Shown here: positions 32,509 to 42,277 of the stretch, piece by piece
Layout: each line of letters starts with the position of its first letter
Position numbering within the stretch: position 1 is the first letter of the stretch
NCBI GenBank assembly: GCA_963814585.1
Contig: CAWFDF010000004.1
Coordinates: 256,001 to 320,000 of the forward strand
Length of the DNA stretch: 64,000 nt
Source of the DNA: an uncultured delta proteobacterium
Lineage (GTDB): Bacteria > Myxococcota > Myxococcia > Myxococcales > Anaeromyxobacteraceae
Reading direction: 5' to 3'
Notes under the pieces: model-generated
The model's database searches: none
Seen by the model: the letters and a program-made list of their open reading frames with translations, nothing else
Told to the model about the DNA's origin: nothing
Program-made: the position numbers and the translations under genes

Positions 32509-32521
32509 CCGAGACCCCGCC

Positions 32522-33853
32522 ATGACCACCAGGCCCAGCACGATGACCGGCGACGAGATCGTCGCCCTCACCAGGAAGCACACCCTCTACGAGTGGTCCG
32601 CCCAGTCCAAGGTGGATCCCATCCCGGTGGCGCGCGCCGAGGGCGTCTACTTCTACACGCCCGAGGGGAAGCGCTTCATCGACTTCAACAGCCAGCTCAT
32701 GTCGGTGAACGCCGGCCACGGCGAGCAGCGCATCATCCGGGCCATCACCGACCAGCTCAACAGGCTGGACTTCGCCAACCCCTTCATGGCCACCGAGCCG
32801 CGGGCCCGGCTGGGCGCCAAGCTTGCCGAGCTCTGCCCCGGCGACATCGACGTCTTCTTCTTCACCAACGGCGGCGCCGAGGCCAACGAGAACGCCGTCA
32901 AGCTGGCGCGCCAGTACACCGGGCGCCACAAGATCATGGCGCGCTACCGCAGCTACCACGGCGCCACCGCCGGGGCCATCGCGCTGACCGGCGACCCGCG
33001 CCGCTGGATCACCGAGCCCGGCATGCCGGGCGTGGTCCGCGTCACCGACCCGTACCACGGCATCCAGCGCGGCTGGGAGGACGCCGCCTCCGCCCTCGCC
33101 AACCTCGAGGAGATCATCCAGCTGGAGGGGCCGCACACCATCGCCGCCTTCATCCTGGAGACGGTGACCGGGACCAACGGCATCCTGATCCCGCCCGACG
33201 GCTACCTGGAGGGGGTGCGGGCGCTCTGCACCAAGTACGGCATCCTCATGATCGCCGACGAGGTCATGGCCGGGTTCGGCCGGACCGGCGAGTGGTTCGC
33301 GGTCAACCACTGGAAGGTGGTCCCGGACCTCATCACCATGGCCAAGGGACTCACCTCCTCCTACGTCCCGCTCGGCGCGGTCGGCATGCGCCGCGCCATC
33401 GCCGACCACTTCAAGGACAAGGTCTTCTACGGCGGCCTGACCTACAACAGCCACCCGGTGGGCTGCGCCGCGGCCCTGGCCGCCATCCAGGTCTACGAGG
33501 ACGACCAGCTCGTCGAGCGGTCCAGGGCCACCGGCCTGGTCATGAAGCAGCTCATGGCCGAGGTGGCGGCCAGGCACCCGTCGGTCGGCGCGGTGAGGTC
33601 GATCGGCCTGTTCGGCATCGTCGAGCTGGTCCGCGACCGGAAGACCATGGAGCCCATGGCGCCCTACAACGGCACCTCCGAGGAGATGGCCGCGCTGGGC
33701 CGCTTCTTCCGCCAGGAGGGGCTCTACACCATGGTGCGCTGGAACACCTTCTACACCAACCCCCCGCTCACCATCACCGAGGCCCAGCTCCGCGAGGCCG
33801 TCGCCATCATCGATCGCGGCCTGGAGATCACCGACCGGGCCGTCCGGGGCTGA
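32522..33853 (+). CDS. Class III PLP aminotransferase (omega-amino acid/taurine-pyruvate-like)
   Basis: DFNSQLM, FTNGGAEANENA, RSYHGAT, ETVTGTNG, DEVMAGFGRTG, AKGLTSSYVPLG, GLTYNSHP. Confidence 0.9.
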   Translation: MTTRPSTMTGDEIVALTRKHTLYEWSAQSKVDPIPVARAEGVYFYTPEGKRFIDFNSQLMSVNAGHGEQRIIRAITDQLNRLDFANPFMATEPRARLGAKLAELCPGDIDVFFFTNGGAEANENAVKLARQYTGRHKIMARYRSYHGATAGAIALTGDPRRWITEPGMPGVVRVTDPYHGIQRGWEDAASALANLEEIIQLEGPHTIAAFILETVTGTNGILIPPDGYLEGVRALCTKYGILMIADEVMAGFGRTGEWFAVNHWKVVPDLITMAKGLTSSYVPLGAVGMRRAIADHFKDKVFYGGLTYNSHPVGCAAALAAIQVYEDDQLVERSRATGLVMKQLMAEVAARHPSVGAVRSIGLFGIVELVRDRKTMEPMAPYNGTSEEMAALGRFFRQEGLYTMVRWNTFYTNPPLTITEAQLREAVAIIDRGLEITDRAVRG

Positions 33854-33866
33854 GGCGAGCGACGCC

Positions 33867-35243
33867 ATGCGCCCCATCGAAGAGACCTGCTACTGGCTCG
33901 CCCAGCTGCCCAGGCGCGAGGTCACCTCGCTCCGGTCCCCGGCCGAGACCGACATCGTCGTGATCGGCGGGGGGCTGACCGGCCTCTGGACCGCGCTCTT
34001 CCTGAAGGAGCTCGACCCGTCGCGGGAGGTGGCGGTGGTGGAGCAGGGGATCGCCGCCTGGGGCGCCAGCGGCCGCAACGCCGGCATGCTGGCCGAGACC
34101 ATCGACCACACGCACGGGCTCGCCATCCAGCACTTCGGCGAGGCGGAGGCGGCGCGCCTGGCCGTCCTGGGCGAGGAGAACGTGCGGGAGCTGGCGGCGT
34201 TCATCCGCGATCGCGACATCCGCTGCGACTACGAGCCGACCGGCCGCTTCATGGCCTCCTTCACCGAGGCCCACCTCGCCGAGGCGCAGCGCAACCTCGA
34301 CGTCGCCAGGAGCCTGGGCATCGACTCGCACCGGGTGCTCACCCGCGAGGAGATGCAGGCCGAGGTCCACTCGCCGCTCTACATCGGCGGCCTGGAGGTG
34401 CGCGGCGGAGGCATCATCGATCCGGCCAGGCTCACCGACGGCCTGCGGCGCGAGGCCGAGAAGCTCGGGGTGCGCGTCTTCGAGCGGACCCGGGTCGAGG
34501 CCATCGAGGAGGACGGGGCCGGCGTCCGGCTCACCGCCAACGGCACCACGCTCCGGGCGCGGCGTGCCGTGCTCGGCACCAGCGCCTACACCCATCACCT
34601 GCTGCCGCAGGTGCGTCACCGCTTCATCCCGCTCTACGACTACATCATGGTGAGCGAGCCGCTCACGCCCTCCCAGTGGGACTCGATCGGCTGGAAGGGG
34701 CGCCAGGGGATCACCGACGGGCGCACCTTCTTCAACTACTACCGGCCCACCGCCGACGGCCGGGTGCTGTGGGGGACCAGCGAGGCCACCTACTACCGTG
34801 GCAACCGGGTCGACGAGTCCTGCGACCACTCGCAGCGCCACTACGACGCCCTGCGGGCCAGCTGGCGGCGCACCTTCCCACAGCTCGCCGGGATCGAGTG
34901 GCCCTACGCCTGGGGCGGCGCCATCTGCTCCACCACGCGGCTCACGCCCTTCTTCGGCAAGGCGCTGGGCGGCCGCGCCTGGTACGGGCTCGGCTTCACC
35001 GGCCACGGGCTGGGCAGCACCCGCGTGGCCGGGCGGATCCTGGCCCACCTGGTGCTGGAGCGCCCCGACGAGCTGCTCTCGCTCTCGCTGGTGACGAAGC
35101 CCCCCTTCCCGTACCCCCCGGAGCCGCTGCGAGGCTGGGCGGTGGACGCCGTGACTCGCGCGCTCCGCAAGGTGGACCGGGGCGAGGAGCCCGGCGTGAT
35201 GCTCCGCCTGCTGGAGCGGATGGGGATCGGCTTCTCGAGCTAG
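33867..35243 (+). CDS. FAD-dependent oxidoreductase, PuuB/DadA family
   Basis: IVVIGGGLTGLWTA, GASGRNAG, YYRPTADGRVLWG, AWGG, GFTGHGLG. Confidence 0.88.
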   Translation: MRPIEETCYWLAQLPRREVTSLRSPAETDIVVIGGGLTGLWTALFLKELDPSREVAVVEQGIAAWGASGRNAGMLAETIDHTHGLAIQHFGEAEAARLAVLGEENVRELAAFIRDRDIRCDYEPTGRFMASFTEAHLAEAQRNLDVARSLGIDSHRVLTREEMQAEVHSPLYIGGLEVRGGGIIDPARLTDGLRREAEKLGVRVFERTRVEAIEEDGAGVRLTANGTTLRARRAVLGTSAYTHHLLPQVRHRFIPLYDYIMVSEPLTPSQWDSIGWKGRQGITDGRTFFNYYRPTADGRVLWGTSEATYYRGNRVDESCDHSQRHYDALRASWRRTFPQLAGIEWPYAWGGAICSTTRLTPFFGKALGGRAWYGLGFTGHGLGSTRVAGRILAHLVLERPDELLSLSLVTKPPFPYPPEPLRGWAVDAVTRALRKVDRGEEPGVMLRLLERMGIGFSS

Positions 35244-36058
35244 CTGGCGATCTCGACGACCTCCATGCTCCAGAGATCGACGTGGAGGTGGCGGCCGCGC
35301 AGCGGCAGCCCCGTCCCCAGCAGCACCTTGCAGGCCTCGGCGACCTGCAGGCTGGCGATCACCCCCGGCGTGAAGGACGGGTTGCCCAGCTCCTGCTCCA
35401 CGCCCTTCCCCTCGGTGCAGTCGCCGTAGATCTTCTCGATGGTCCGCTCTCCGGGGAACTGGGTGGCGACGTGACCGTACCACCCGCCGATGGCCCCGTG
35501 GACGAGGGGGAGGCCCAGGGTGTCGCAGGTCGCCGCCAGCTCCAGCCGCGCCGGGATGCTGTCGAGGGCGTCGATCACCAGGCCCACGCCGGCGAGGAGC
35601 TCGGCGCCGTTCGCGGCGCCGATGGCTCGCGGCACGGGGACCACCGACACGGCCGGGTTGATCGAGGCCACCCGGTCCACGGCCGCCTCGACCTTGGCCC
35701 TCCCCAGGTCCGCCAGCGAGGCGAGGAGCTGCCGGTTCAGGTTGTGCTCCTCGAAGCGATCCGGATCGATGACCACCAGCCGGCCCACGCCGAGGCGGGC
35801 CAGCTGCTCGATGACGTACCCTCCGAGGCCACCGCAGCCGACCACCGCCACCGCGCTGCGCAGGAGGGTCAGCTGGCCGGCCGTCGAGATGGTCCGGCGG
35901 TTGCGCTGGTACCGGGCCGGGAGCAGGTCGACGGAGAGGGCCGCGGCCTCGACCTGCGCGCAGCCGAGCCCGTACCGCGCCATGGCCGACACCTGCACCG
36001 ACCAGGGCAGGAGGTCGCCGGTCGCCCCGCTGGCCAGGTAGGCCTCCAGGGTCTCCAT
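35240..36058 (-). CDS. ThiF/MoeB/HesA family adenylyltransferase
   Basis: RYQRN, VVGCGGLGG, IDPDRFEEHNLNRQ, DALDS, LGNPSFTP; ATG 36058 directly after the upstream AOR stop. Confidence 0.9.
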   Translation of the reverse strand: METLEAYLASGATGDLLPWSVQVSAMARYGLGCAQVEAAALSVDLLPARYQRNRRTISTAGQLTLLRSAVAVVGCGGLGGYVIEQLARLGVGRLVVIDPDRFEEHNLNRQLLASLADLGRAKVEAAVDRVASINPAVSVVPVPRAIGAANGAELLAGVGLVIDALDSIPARLELAATCDTLGLPLVHGAIGGWYGHVATQFPGERTIEKIYGDCTEGKGVEQELGNPSFTPGVIASLQVAEACKVLLGTGLPLRGRHLHVDLWSMEVVEIAS

Positions 36059-36063
36059 CCGCG

Positions 36064-37916
36064 CTACCCCGGCCCGGGGAGCAGTCCTTCCAGCTCCGGC
36101 TCGAAGACCGCCCAGACCCGCTTCGAGAGCTCGGCGAAGAACTCCGGGGAGGCGACCACCGGGGGGAGCTTGATGTTCCCGTTCGGCTTCTCGAAGACCT
36201 CGGCCGGCAGCGTGTACTCCTCCTTCGAGTACCCCTGCCGGAGCTCCAGCGCCAGCCCACGCAGGAACGCCCGCCGCACCGCGCCGGCGATCTCGGCGGT
36301 GGTGACCTCCAGGCCGCACTCGCTCCGCAGGCTGTCGACCACCATCTGCGTGCCGATCCCCTTGCCGATGTCGAAGAACTTGCACAGCCCGATCATGTCG
36401 AAGCCGACGATGTTGAGCTTGTCCTGGGTGATCCCCTTGACCCAGGAGTCCAGGTCGGACTTCCCCTCCCGGGTCAGCAGCCCGTAGGTCGCCATCGACA
36501 TGTGCCCTCCGGCGATGGCCCAGGCGTAGCCGGGGTTGGTCTCGGGCTGGTAGGCGGGGAGCTCCAGCCCCTTCACGTGGTAGGCGTAGGAGGTCTCGCC
36601 GGTGGCCTGGGAGAGCCGCATCGACCCGCGACCCGACCTCCGGGAGGCGCCCCTCGCCGGCGCCGACGACGAGCTCGCGGATCTTCTCGAAGTCGCCGAA
36701 GGTCGCGCCGTTGAGGATGGGCTTCTCGGGGTGGCGCTCGTTGTAGGAGAGGACGTAGGAGACGGTCACGCCCAGCGTGATCGAGTCCATCCCGTAGTTG
36801 TCCCCGAGCTTGATGAGCTGGGCGGCCTGGCCGGGGTCGTGGAGCCCGAGGTTGGTGCCGAGCAGGTTGAGCGGCTCGTAGTCGAACTTGGCCAGGAACT
36901 CGCCGCGGCTGCCGTCCGCCTTCCTCTCGTGGACGTTGTTGTGGCAGGTGATGCCGCAGCGCCAGCAGGCCTCCGACTTGATCTCGTAGGCCTTCTCCAC
37001 GTTCTCCCGGAAGAGCCGCTCCGGCAGGTCGTTCCCCTGGGGGCGGAAGTTGTTCACGGGCACGGCGTGGAACGCCTGCAGCACGTCGTAGTTGGCCCAG
37101 GTGCCGCCGCCGCCGCCGCGCTTGATCGGCTGCAGCCGGGCCGAGCCGCCGCCCTTGATCACGTTGATGTTGACCTTCTTCACCGCCTCGGAGACGGGCT
37201 TGAGCTTGTCGCCGGCCTGGGCCACCAGCGCGATGAGGTTCTTGTAGCCCATCAGGCTGCCCATGCCGCCCCGGCCGGCGAAGCGGCACTTGTCCTCACC
37301 GGAGCGGAGCTGGTTGTCGGTGGAGAGCGCCACCGCCCCCATGTAGTTGGCTGCCCAGTGCTCCCCGGCCTGGCCGATGGCGGCGAAGTGGGCGCCGTCG
37401 TACTGCTGCTTCAGCGACATGATCTTGTCGTGGGTGGTGAGGCCGAGCAGGTGGCCGGCCGGCTTCAGCTCCACCACCGGGCCGTCGGCGCCCTCCCGGA
37501 TGAGGGCGTAGACCGGCTCGGCCGAGCGCCCCTCGAAGATCAGCTCGTCGAGCCCGGTGAACTTGAACTTGGCCCCGAAGTTCCCGCTCCCCGCCGACCA
37601 GATCGCCGCCGGCAGCCCCTTCCTCGACCCCTTGAGCGGGCTGTAGCCGGAGAAGTAGGCGCGCATCCCGGTCATGGCGTTGGTGCCGGTGAGCAGCCCG
37701 GTGTTGACGATCAGCGGGTTCTCGTCGCAGTAGGCGGTCGGTGATCCGGCGCTCGGCCAGCAGCTGGAAGGAGCGGCCGAAGCCGCCCAGCACGTCCTCC
37801 AGGTTCCGGCAGGGGACCTCCTCCATCCTGGTGGCGCCGCTGCGAAGATCGACGGTGCAGCGCCGGTAGAGGACGGCGGCGGGATCGGCGGCGGGCTGGC
37901 TGGTCAGGAATCTCAT
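36064..37916 (-). pseudogene. Second aldehyde:ferredoxin oxidoreductase family gene, broken by two +1 frameshifts (probably sequencing errors; ~616 aa when repaired)
   Basis: Three in-register pieces: MRFLTSQ..ITD | AYCDENPLIVNTGLLTGT..AGRGGMGSLMGYKNL..CWRCGITC..DNYGMDSI..RLPEVG | RGSMRL..HVKGLELPAY..GLCKF. Extra base at ~37736 and ~36633. Confidence 0.82.
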
Positions 37917-37977
37917 GGGGTGCTCGAGTCGTGGCAGGAGGGGGATGACCGGCCAGGTCGGGGCGGCGAAGCGCGCG

Positions 37978-38202
37978 TCAACCTCCGCCCAGGATGGGGA
38001 GGAGCGTCAGGACGTCGCCGTCCGTCAGCTGGTCGTCGAGGCTGGCATGCACGCCCTTGATCAAGACGGTCCCCAGCAACCGGGTGGGGAGCTGGAGCTG
38101 CTCCACCACCACCCGGGCGCTGGTCCCGGGGGGATAGTCGCGGACCTCCTCCTTGAAGCGGTCGATCCGGAACACCCCGAACAACCTTACCGTGATCTTC
38201 AC
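37978..38202 (-). CDS. MoaD/ThiS family sulfur carrier
   Basis: 74 aa ubiquitin-like fold, KITVRLFG..DGDVLTLLPILGGG, C-terminal GG; GTG 38202 after GAGGGAG. Confidence 0.88.
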   Translation of the reverse strand: MKITVRLFGVFRIDRFKEEVRDYPPGTSARVVVEQLQLPTRLLGTVLIKGVHASLDDQLTDGDVLTLLPILGGG

Positions 38203-38265
38203 GTTCCCGCTCCCTCGGCCGTCCCGACGGCGGCCGGGCTCCATGACGTCCCTTCCAGGCGACCC

Positions 38266-38499
38266 CTACCCGCCCGCTCCGGCCCTGAGGAACCGCAGCG
38301 AGTCACCGTCCTTGAGCACGACCTCCCGGTCCCGCTCCAGTCGCTCGTTGAGGGCGAAGATGGCGTGCTCGGGCAGCTTGAGCCGGGCCACCACGTCCTT
38401 GACCCTCGCCCCCTCGGGCAGCTCCAGGGTGACCATCCCCCGGGCCTCGGGAGGCAGCAGCTCGCGAAGGTAGGAATGCAGGACGACGGAGACTCTCAT
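38266..38499 (-). CDS. MoaD/ThiS family sulfur carrier
   Basis: 77 aa; LELPEGARVKDVV..LKDGDSLRFLRAGAGG, C-terminal GG; AGGAGG RBS. Confidence 0.88.
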   Translation of the reverse strand: MRVSVVLHSYLRELLPPEARGMVTLELPEGARVKDVVARLKLPEHAIFALNERLERDREVVLKDGDSLRFLRAGAGG

Positions 38500-38637
38500 G
38501 CGGGTCCTCCTGCCCCTCGGCGGGTGGCCGCCCGCCGGCGCGGTGCCCGGCCCGTTCCACCGTGCCGCTCCCTCCGGTCCAGGGAGCGCGGAATCAGGTC
38601 GAGGCGGGCCCGGCCGGGGGTCGAGCCCGCCGCCGAC

Positions 38638-40530
38638 TCACTGGTTGATCCAGCCCAGCTTCAGCTCCTCGAGCTTCTGGGGCGTGGGGTTGCCGGTGGC
38701 CACGTCCCAGCCGGCCAGCCGGTAGTAGACGTCCTTGACCCGCTCGAGCTCCTCCTGCTTCCAGGCCACGCCGGCGGTCGGCCCGGTCCCCTGCAGGGGC
38801 TTGAAGAACTTCCTGGGCAGGGTGTCGTCCTTGCGCGTGAAACCCTCGCGGGCGTTGAAGGCGCGCTGCATGTTGAGGCGGCGCTCGCCCACCTTCAGGA
38901 TCTCGTCCACGGTCACGTCCCAGCCGGTGCCGGCGGAGAGGATCTCGGCCGTCTCGACCGGGCCGTACAGCTCCCAGCTCGGCCCGAACACGAACTGGCA
39001 GAGGCTGTAGGTGTCCATGGCCGAGTAGAAGCACTGGGTCCGGAAGGCGTAGCGGATCTTCTCGTCGGTCATGCTGCCGGGCGCCTGGGGGCTGGTCAGG
39101 CCGAGGGCCGCCAGGCGCTTCAGGTAGAGCTCGCCCACGCCCTCCTCGTAGAGCGGGTCGTGCTCGGAGGACTGGTGGTCGGCGCCGAAGGGGTTGACCG
39201 CGTAGATCAGCCCCAGCGACTTCTTGGCCTGCGGCATGTGGGCGGGCGCCTCGGTGCCCTTGGTGGTGATCAGGCACTCCTCCGCGCCCCGGCCGATCTT
39301 CCTGGCCGCGCGGGCCGAGCCCTCCGCCAGGACGTCGCCGAGCCCCCGGCGCTCGCCGATCTGGCGCACCATCTCGACCATGGCGTCGGCGTTGCCGAAG
39401 CGCAGCTCCAGCCCGCCGGTGTCCGCCGTGGTGATGACGCCCTTCTCGAAGCACTCCATCGCGAAGGCGACGGTCGCGCCGGTGCCGATGGTGTCCAGGC
39501 CGTAGACGTTGCACAGCTGGCTGGCCAGGCTGACGGCGTGCAGGTCGGCGATGCCGCAGTAGCTGCCGAAGGTCGCCAGGGTCTCGTACTCGGGCCCGCC
39601 GTAGGTGGGGTCGACCTTCTGGCCCTGGTACTCGGTCTCCACCACCCGCTTGCAGCGCACCGTGCAGGCGTAGCAGGTGTCGCGCTCCTTGAGGATGGTC
39701 TCCCGCATGCGCTCGCCGCTGATGTCCATGTAGCGGTCGAAGCTGCCCTCGTTGTAGTTGAAGGCGGGCAGCGACCCGATGGAGTGCTGGAAGGGGACCA
39801 CGTCGGCCGTGCCGTTGAGCGCGATCCCCTTCATGTCGGGGATCTCCTCGATGTTCCTGGTGCCCTCCTTGTGCTGGCGCGAGACGGCCTTCGGGTCGGC
39901 GGCCTGCAGCTTCTGGTTGCCCTGCACCACGATGGCCTTGAGCAGCTTGGAGCCCATCACCGCGCCCACCCCGGTGCGGCCGTTGGCGCGGTTGTGCATG
40001 TTCATGATGGCGGCCAGCCGGACCTTCTTCTCGCCGGCCTGGCCGATCTGCATGACCTCGACCTTGCCGTGCTGCTCCGCCAGCAGCCGGTCCACCTCCG
40101 CGGTGTCCTTGCCCCACAGCCCGGCCGCGTCGCGCAGCTCGGCCTTGCCCTCGGCGACGTGAAGGTAGACCGGCTTCGCCGCCACCCCCTTCACGACGAT
40201 CCCGTCGAACCCGGCGAACTTGAGGGCGGCCGGGGCGAAGCCGCCCGCCTGGCTGTCGCCGATCCCGCCGCTCAGCGGGGAGAGGGTGTTGACGCAGATG
40301 CGGGACTGCCCGGAGACCGGCAGGCCGGTGATGGGGCCGGTGAAGAAGGTCAGGATGTTCTGCGGGCCGAGCGGGTCGGCCCCCCGGGGGAGGTCTCGGA
40401 GCAGGTAGTAGGTGCCCATGGCGCTGCCGCCGCCGTAGGTCCGGTAGAACTCCTCGGCGGGCTCCTCGACCGAGATGGCGCCGCGCGCCAGGTCGACGTG
40501 CAGGATCTTGCGGTTGAAGCTGCGGGTCAT
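38638..40530 (-). CDS. aor: Aldehyde:ferredoxin oxidoreductase (tungstopterin AOR family)
   Basis: KILHVDL, GRTGVGAVMGSKLLKAI, CYACTVRC, GPEYET, NVYGLDTI, SLCQF, FNAREG..DDTLP, YYRLAGWD..GNPT. Confidence 0.93.
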   Translation of the reverse strand: MTRSFNRKILHVDLARGAISVEEPAEEFYRTYGGGSAMGTYYLLRDLPRGADPLGPQNILTFFTGPITGLPVSGQSRICVNTLSPLSGGIGDSQAGGFAPAALKFAGFDGIVVKGVAAKPVYLHVAEGKAELRDAAGLWGKDTAEVDRLLAEQHGKVEVMQIGQAGEKKVRLAAIMNMHNRANGRTGVGAVMGSKLLKAIVVQGNQKLQAADPKAVSRQHKEGTRNIEEIPDMKGIALNGTADVVPFQHSIGSLPAFNYNEGSFDRYMDISGERMRETILKERDTCYACTVRCKRVVETEYQGQKVDPTYGGPEYETLATFGSYCGIADLHAVSLASQLCNVYGLDTIGTGATVAFAMECFEKGVITTADTGGLELRFGNADAMVEMVRQIGERRGLGDVLAEGSARAARKIGRGAEECLITTKGTEAPAHMPQAKKSLGLIYAVNPFGADHQSSEHDPLYEEGVGELYLKRLAALGLTSPQAPGSMTDEKIRYAFRTQCFYSAMDTYSLCQFVFGPSWELYGPVETAEILSAGTGWDVTVDEILKVGERRLNMQRAFNAREGFTRKDDTLPRKFFKPLQGTGPTAGVAWKQEELERVKDVYYRLAGWDVATGNPTPQKLEELKLGWINQ

Positions 40531-40671
40531 GGGGTGCCTCCCTCTTCATGGACCGTGCGCATGCCGGACCGCCGGATCGCGCCGATCGACACCTGCTCGG
40601 ATCGGGGCCAGCGTACCCCATCGACCACCCCGGTTGAAGGCTCGGATCGGGGGTCCGGGCGCGGCCTGCCG

Positions 40672-41049
40672 TCAGTCCACCACCGCCCGGTGTCGCAGCG
40701 ACCAGGCCCTGAGCCCCTTCGGGAGGTGGCTGCCCACGGCGCCGACCACCAGGGCGCCCATGAGCGCGGCGGGGCCCCAGGCGATCACCAGGCCGGCCAC
40801 GCCCAGGTGGGCCAGCACCAGGAGCCCGCGACCCTGGTAGATCCAGTGGCGGCTGTGGCTGGCCTCGCTGACGAGCAGCGCCAGGCCGCTCAGGGCCGTG
40901 GCCACCGCGGCGCCGCGGAGCTCGCCGTCCGGGACCCCCCACCAGGAGCCGCCCACCAGGACCGCCATCGTCCCCAGGTGAGCGGTGCGCAGCGCGATCC
41001 CGACGGCGCGCGGGAGGCTCAGCGAGGTCCGGGCCTGGCGCTCCGCCAC
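40672..41049 (-). CDS. Small hypothetical membrane protein
   Basis: C-terminal part of ORF 40672..42147; GTG 2 nt after the moeA stop; about four hydrophobic segments, LRTAHL and SHLPKGLR motifs. Confidence 0.65.
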   Translation of the reverse strand: MAERQARTSLSLPRAVGIALRTAHLGTMAVLVGGSWWGVPDGELRGAAVATALSGLALLVSEASHSRHWIYQGRGLLVLAHLGVAGLVIAWGPAALMGALVVGAVGSHLPKGLRAWSLRHRAVVD

Positions 41050-41051
41050 CG

Positions 41052-42266
41052 CTAGGGCTCCTCGACCAGGTCGGGCCGGAGCAGCTGGACCGAGACCTCC
41101 TGGCCCGCCTCCAGCCTCCCCTGCTCGGCGGGGATGATGGCGATGGCGTCGGCCCGGAGCAGGGTCTTCAGGATGCCGGTCTCCTGGTTGCCGGCGGTCG
41201 AGGCGAGCAGCGCGCCGTCGTCGCGGCGCGAGAGGCGCACCCGCACCAGGTTGACGCGCCCCGGTGCCTTGCCGAGAGGCTCCTGCAGGAGGGCGCGCCG
41301 AAGCGGCGGGAAGGTCCGGCGGTGGCCCATCATCCTGAGCAGCGCCGGCCGGACGAACTGCTCGAAGGTCAGGAGGGAGGAGACCGGGTTGCCCGGCAAG
41401 GAGAAGACCGGCGTCTGCCCCCGCACGCCGAAGGCGGTGGGGCGGCCGGGCTTGATGTCCACCTTCCAGAAGATCTGGCGCACCTGGAGCTCGTCGAGGA
41501 TCTCCCGCACCAGGTCGCGATCCCCGGCGGAGACGCCGGCGGAGGTGAGCAGCACGTCGGCGGCGAGCCCCCGCTCCAGCAGGGCCCGCAGCGCCGGCCG
41601 GTCGTCGCGGGCGATGCCCAGGTCGATGGGCTCGCCGCCGCAGAGGCGCACCGCCGCCGCCAGGGCCACCCCGTTGCTGTCGCAGACCTGGCCCGGGCCG
41701 ATGGGCTGGCCGGGCGCGACCAGCTCGTCGCCCGTGGACAGGATGGCGACGCGCGCCCGACGGACCACCGGCACCTGGATCCGGGCGGCCGAGGCCAGCA
41801 CGCTCACCTCGCCCGGTCCCACCACCGTGCCCGCGGTGAGCGCCACCTCGCCGGCGCGGAGGTCCTCGCCCCGGCGGCGGACGTGGGCGCCCGGCCGGAC
41901 CGCGCCGCGGAGCCGGATGGCGTCGGCGGCCTCCTCGACGTCCTCCACCGGCGCGATGGCGTCGGCGCCGGGCGGCAGCGGCGCCCCGGTCATGATCCTG
42001 GTGGCCTCGCCGGGCCCGACCGGCCCCGCGGGCAGGCCGCCGGCGGGGATGTAGCCGGTCACCCGCAGCGTGACCGGCCCGGTGCAATCGGCGGAGCGGA
42101 CCGCGAAGCCGTCCATGGCCGAGTTGTCCCAGCCCGGCAGGTCCCACGGCATGACCACGTCGGCGGCCAGCACCCGCCCCGCCGCGTCGCCCAGCGAGAC
42201 CTCCTCCGCCGGGAGGGTGGCGACGTGCTCGAGGATGATCCTTCGCGCGTCGTGGTAGCTGGGCAT
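41052..42266 (-). CDS. moeA: Molybdopterin molybdo/tungsto-transferase
   Basis: NSAMDGFAV, RIMTGAPLPPGAD, STGDEL, SAGVSAGDRD, KPGRP, SLPGNPVSS. Confidence 0.95.
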   Translation of the reverse strand: MPSYHDARRIILEHVATLPAEEVSLGDAAGRVLAADVVMPWDLPGWDNSAMDGFAVRSADCTGPVTLRVTGYIPAGGLPAGPVGPGEATRIMTGAPLPPGADAIAPVEDVEEAADAIRLRGAVRPGAHVRRRGEDLRAGEVALTAGTVVGPGEVSVLASAARIQVPVVRRARVAILSTGDELVAPGQPIGPGQVCDSNGVALAAAVRLCGGEPIDLGIARDDRPALRALLERGLAADVLLTSAGVSAGDRDLVREILDELQVRQIFWKVDIKPGRPTAFGVRGQTPVFSLPGNPVSSLLTFEQFVRPALLRMMGHRRTFPPLRRALLQEPLGKAPGRVNLVRVRLSRRDDGALLASTAGNQETGILKTLLRADAIAIIPAEQGRLEAGQEVSVQLLRPDLVEEP

Positions 42267-42277
42267 GAGGCGGGAGC

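Noticed and set aside
35240..37675. 811-aa AOR-ThiF fusion
   Set aside because: Product of a frameshift at ~36633; the true AOR C-terminus is in another frame and thiF has its own ATG at 36058.
40594..40610. Sigma-54 promoter for aor1 on the minus strand (TGGCCCCGATCCGAGCA)
   Set aside because: GG-to-GC spacing is 11, not the required 10.
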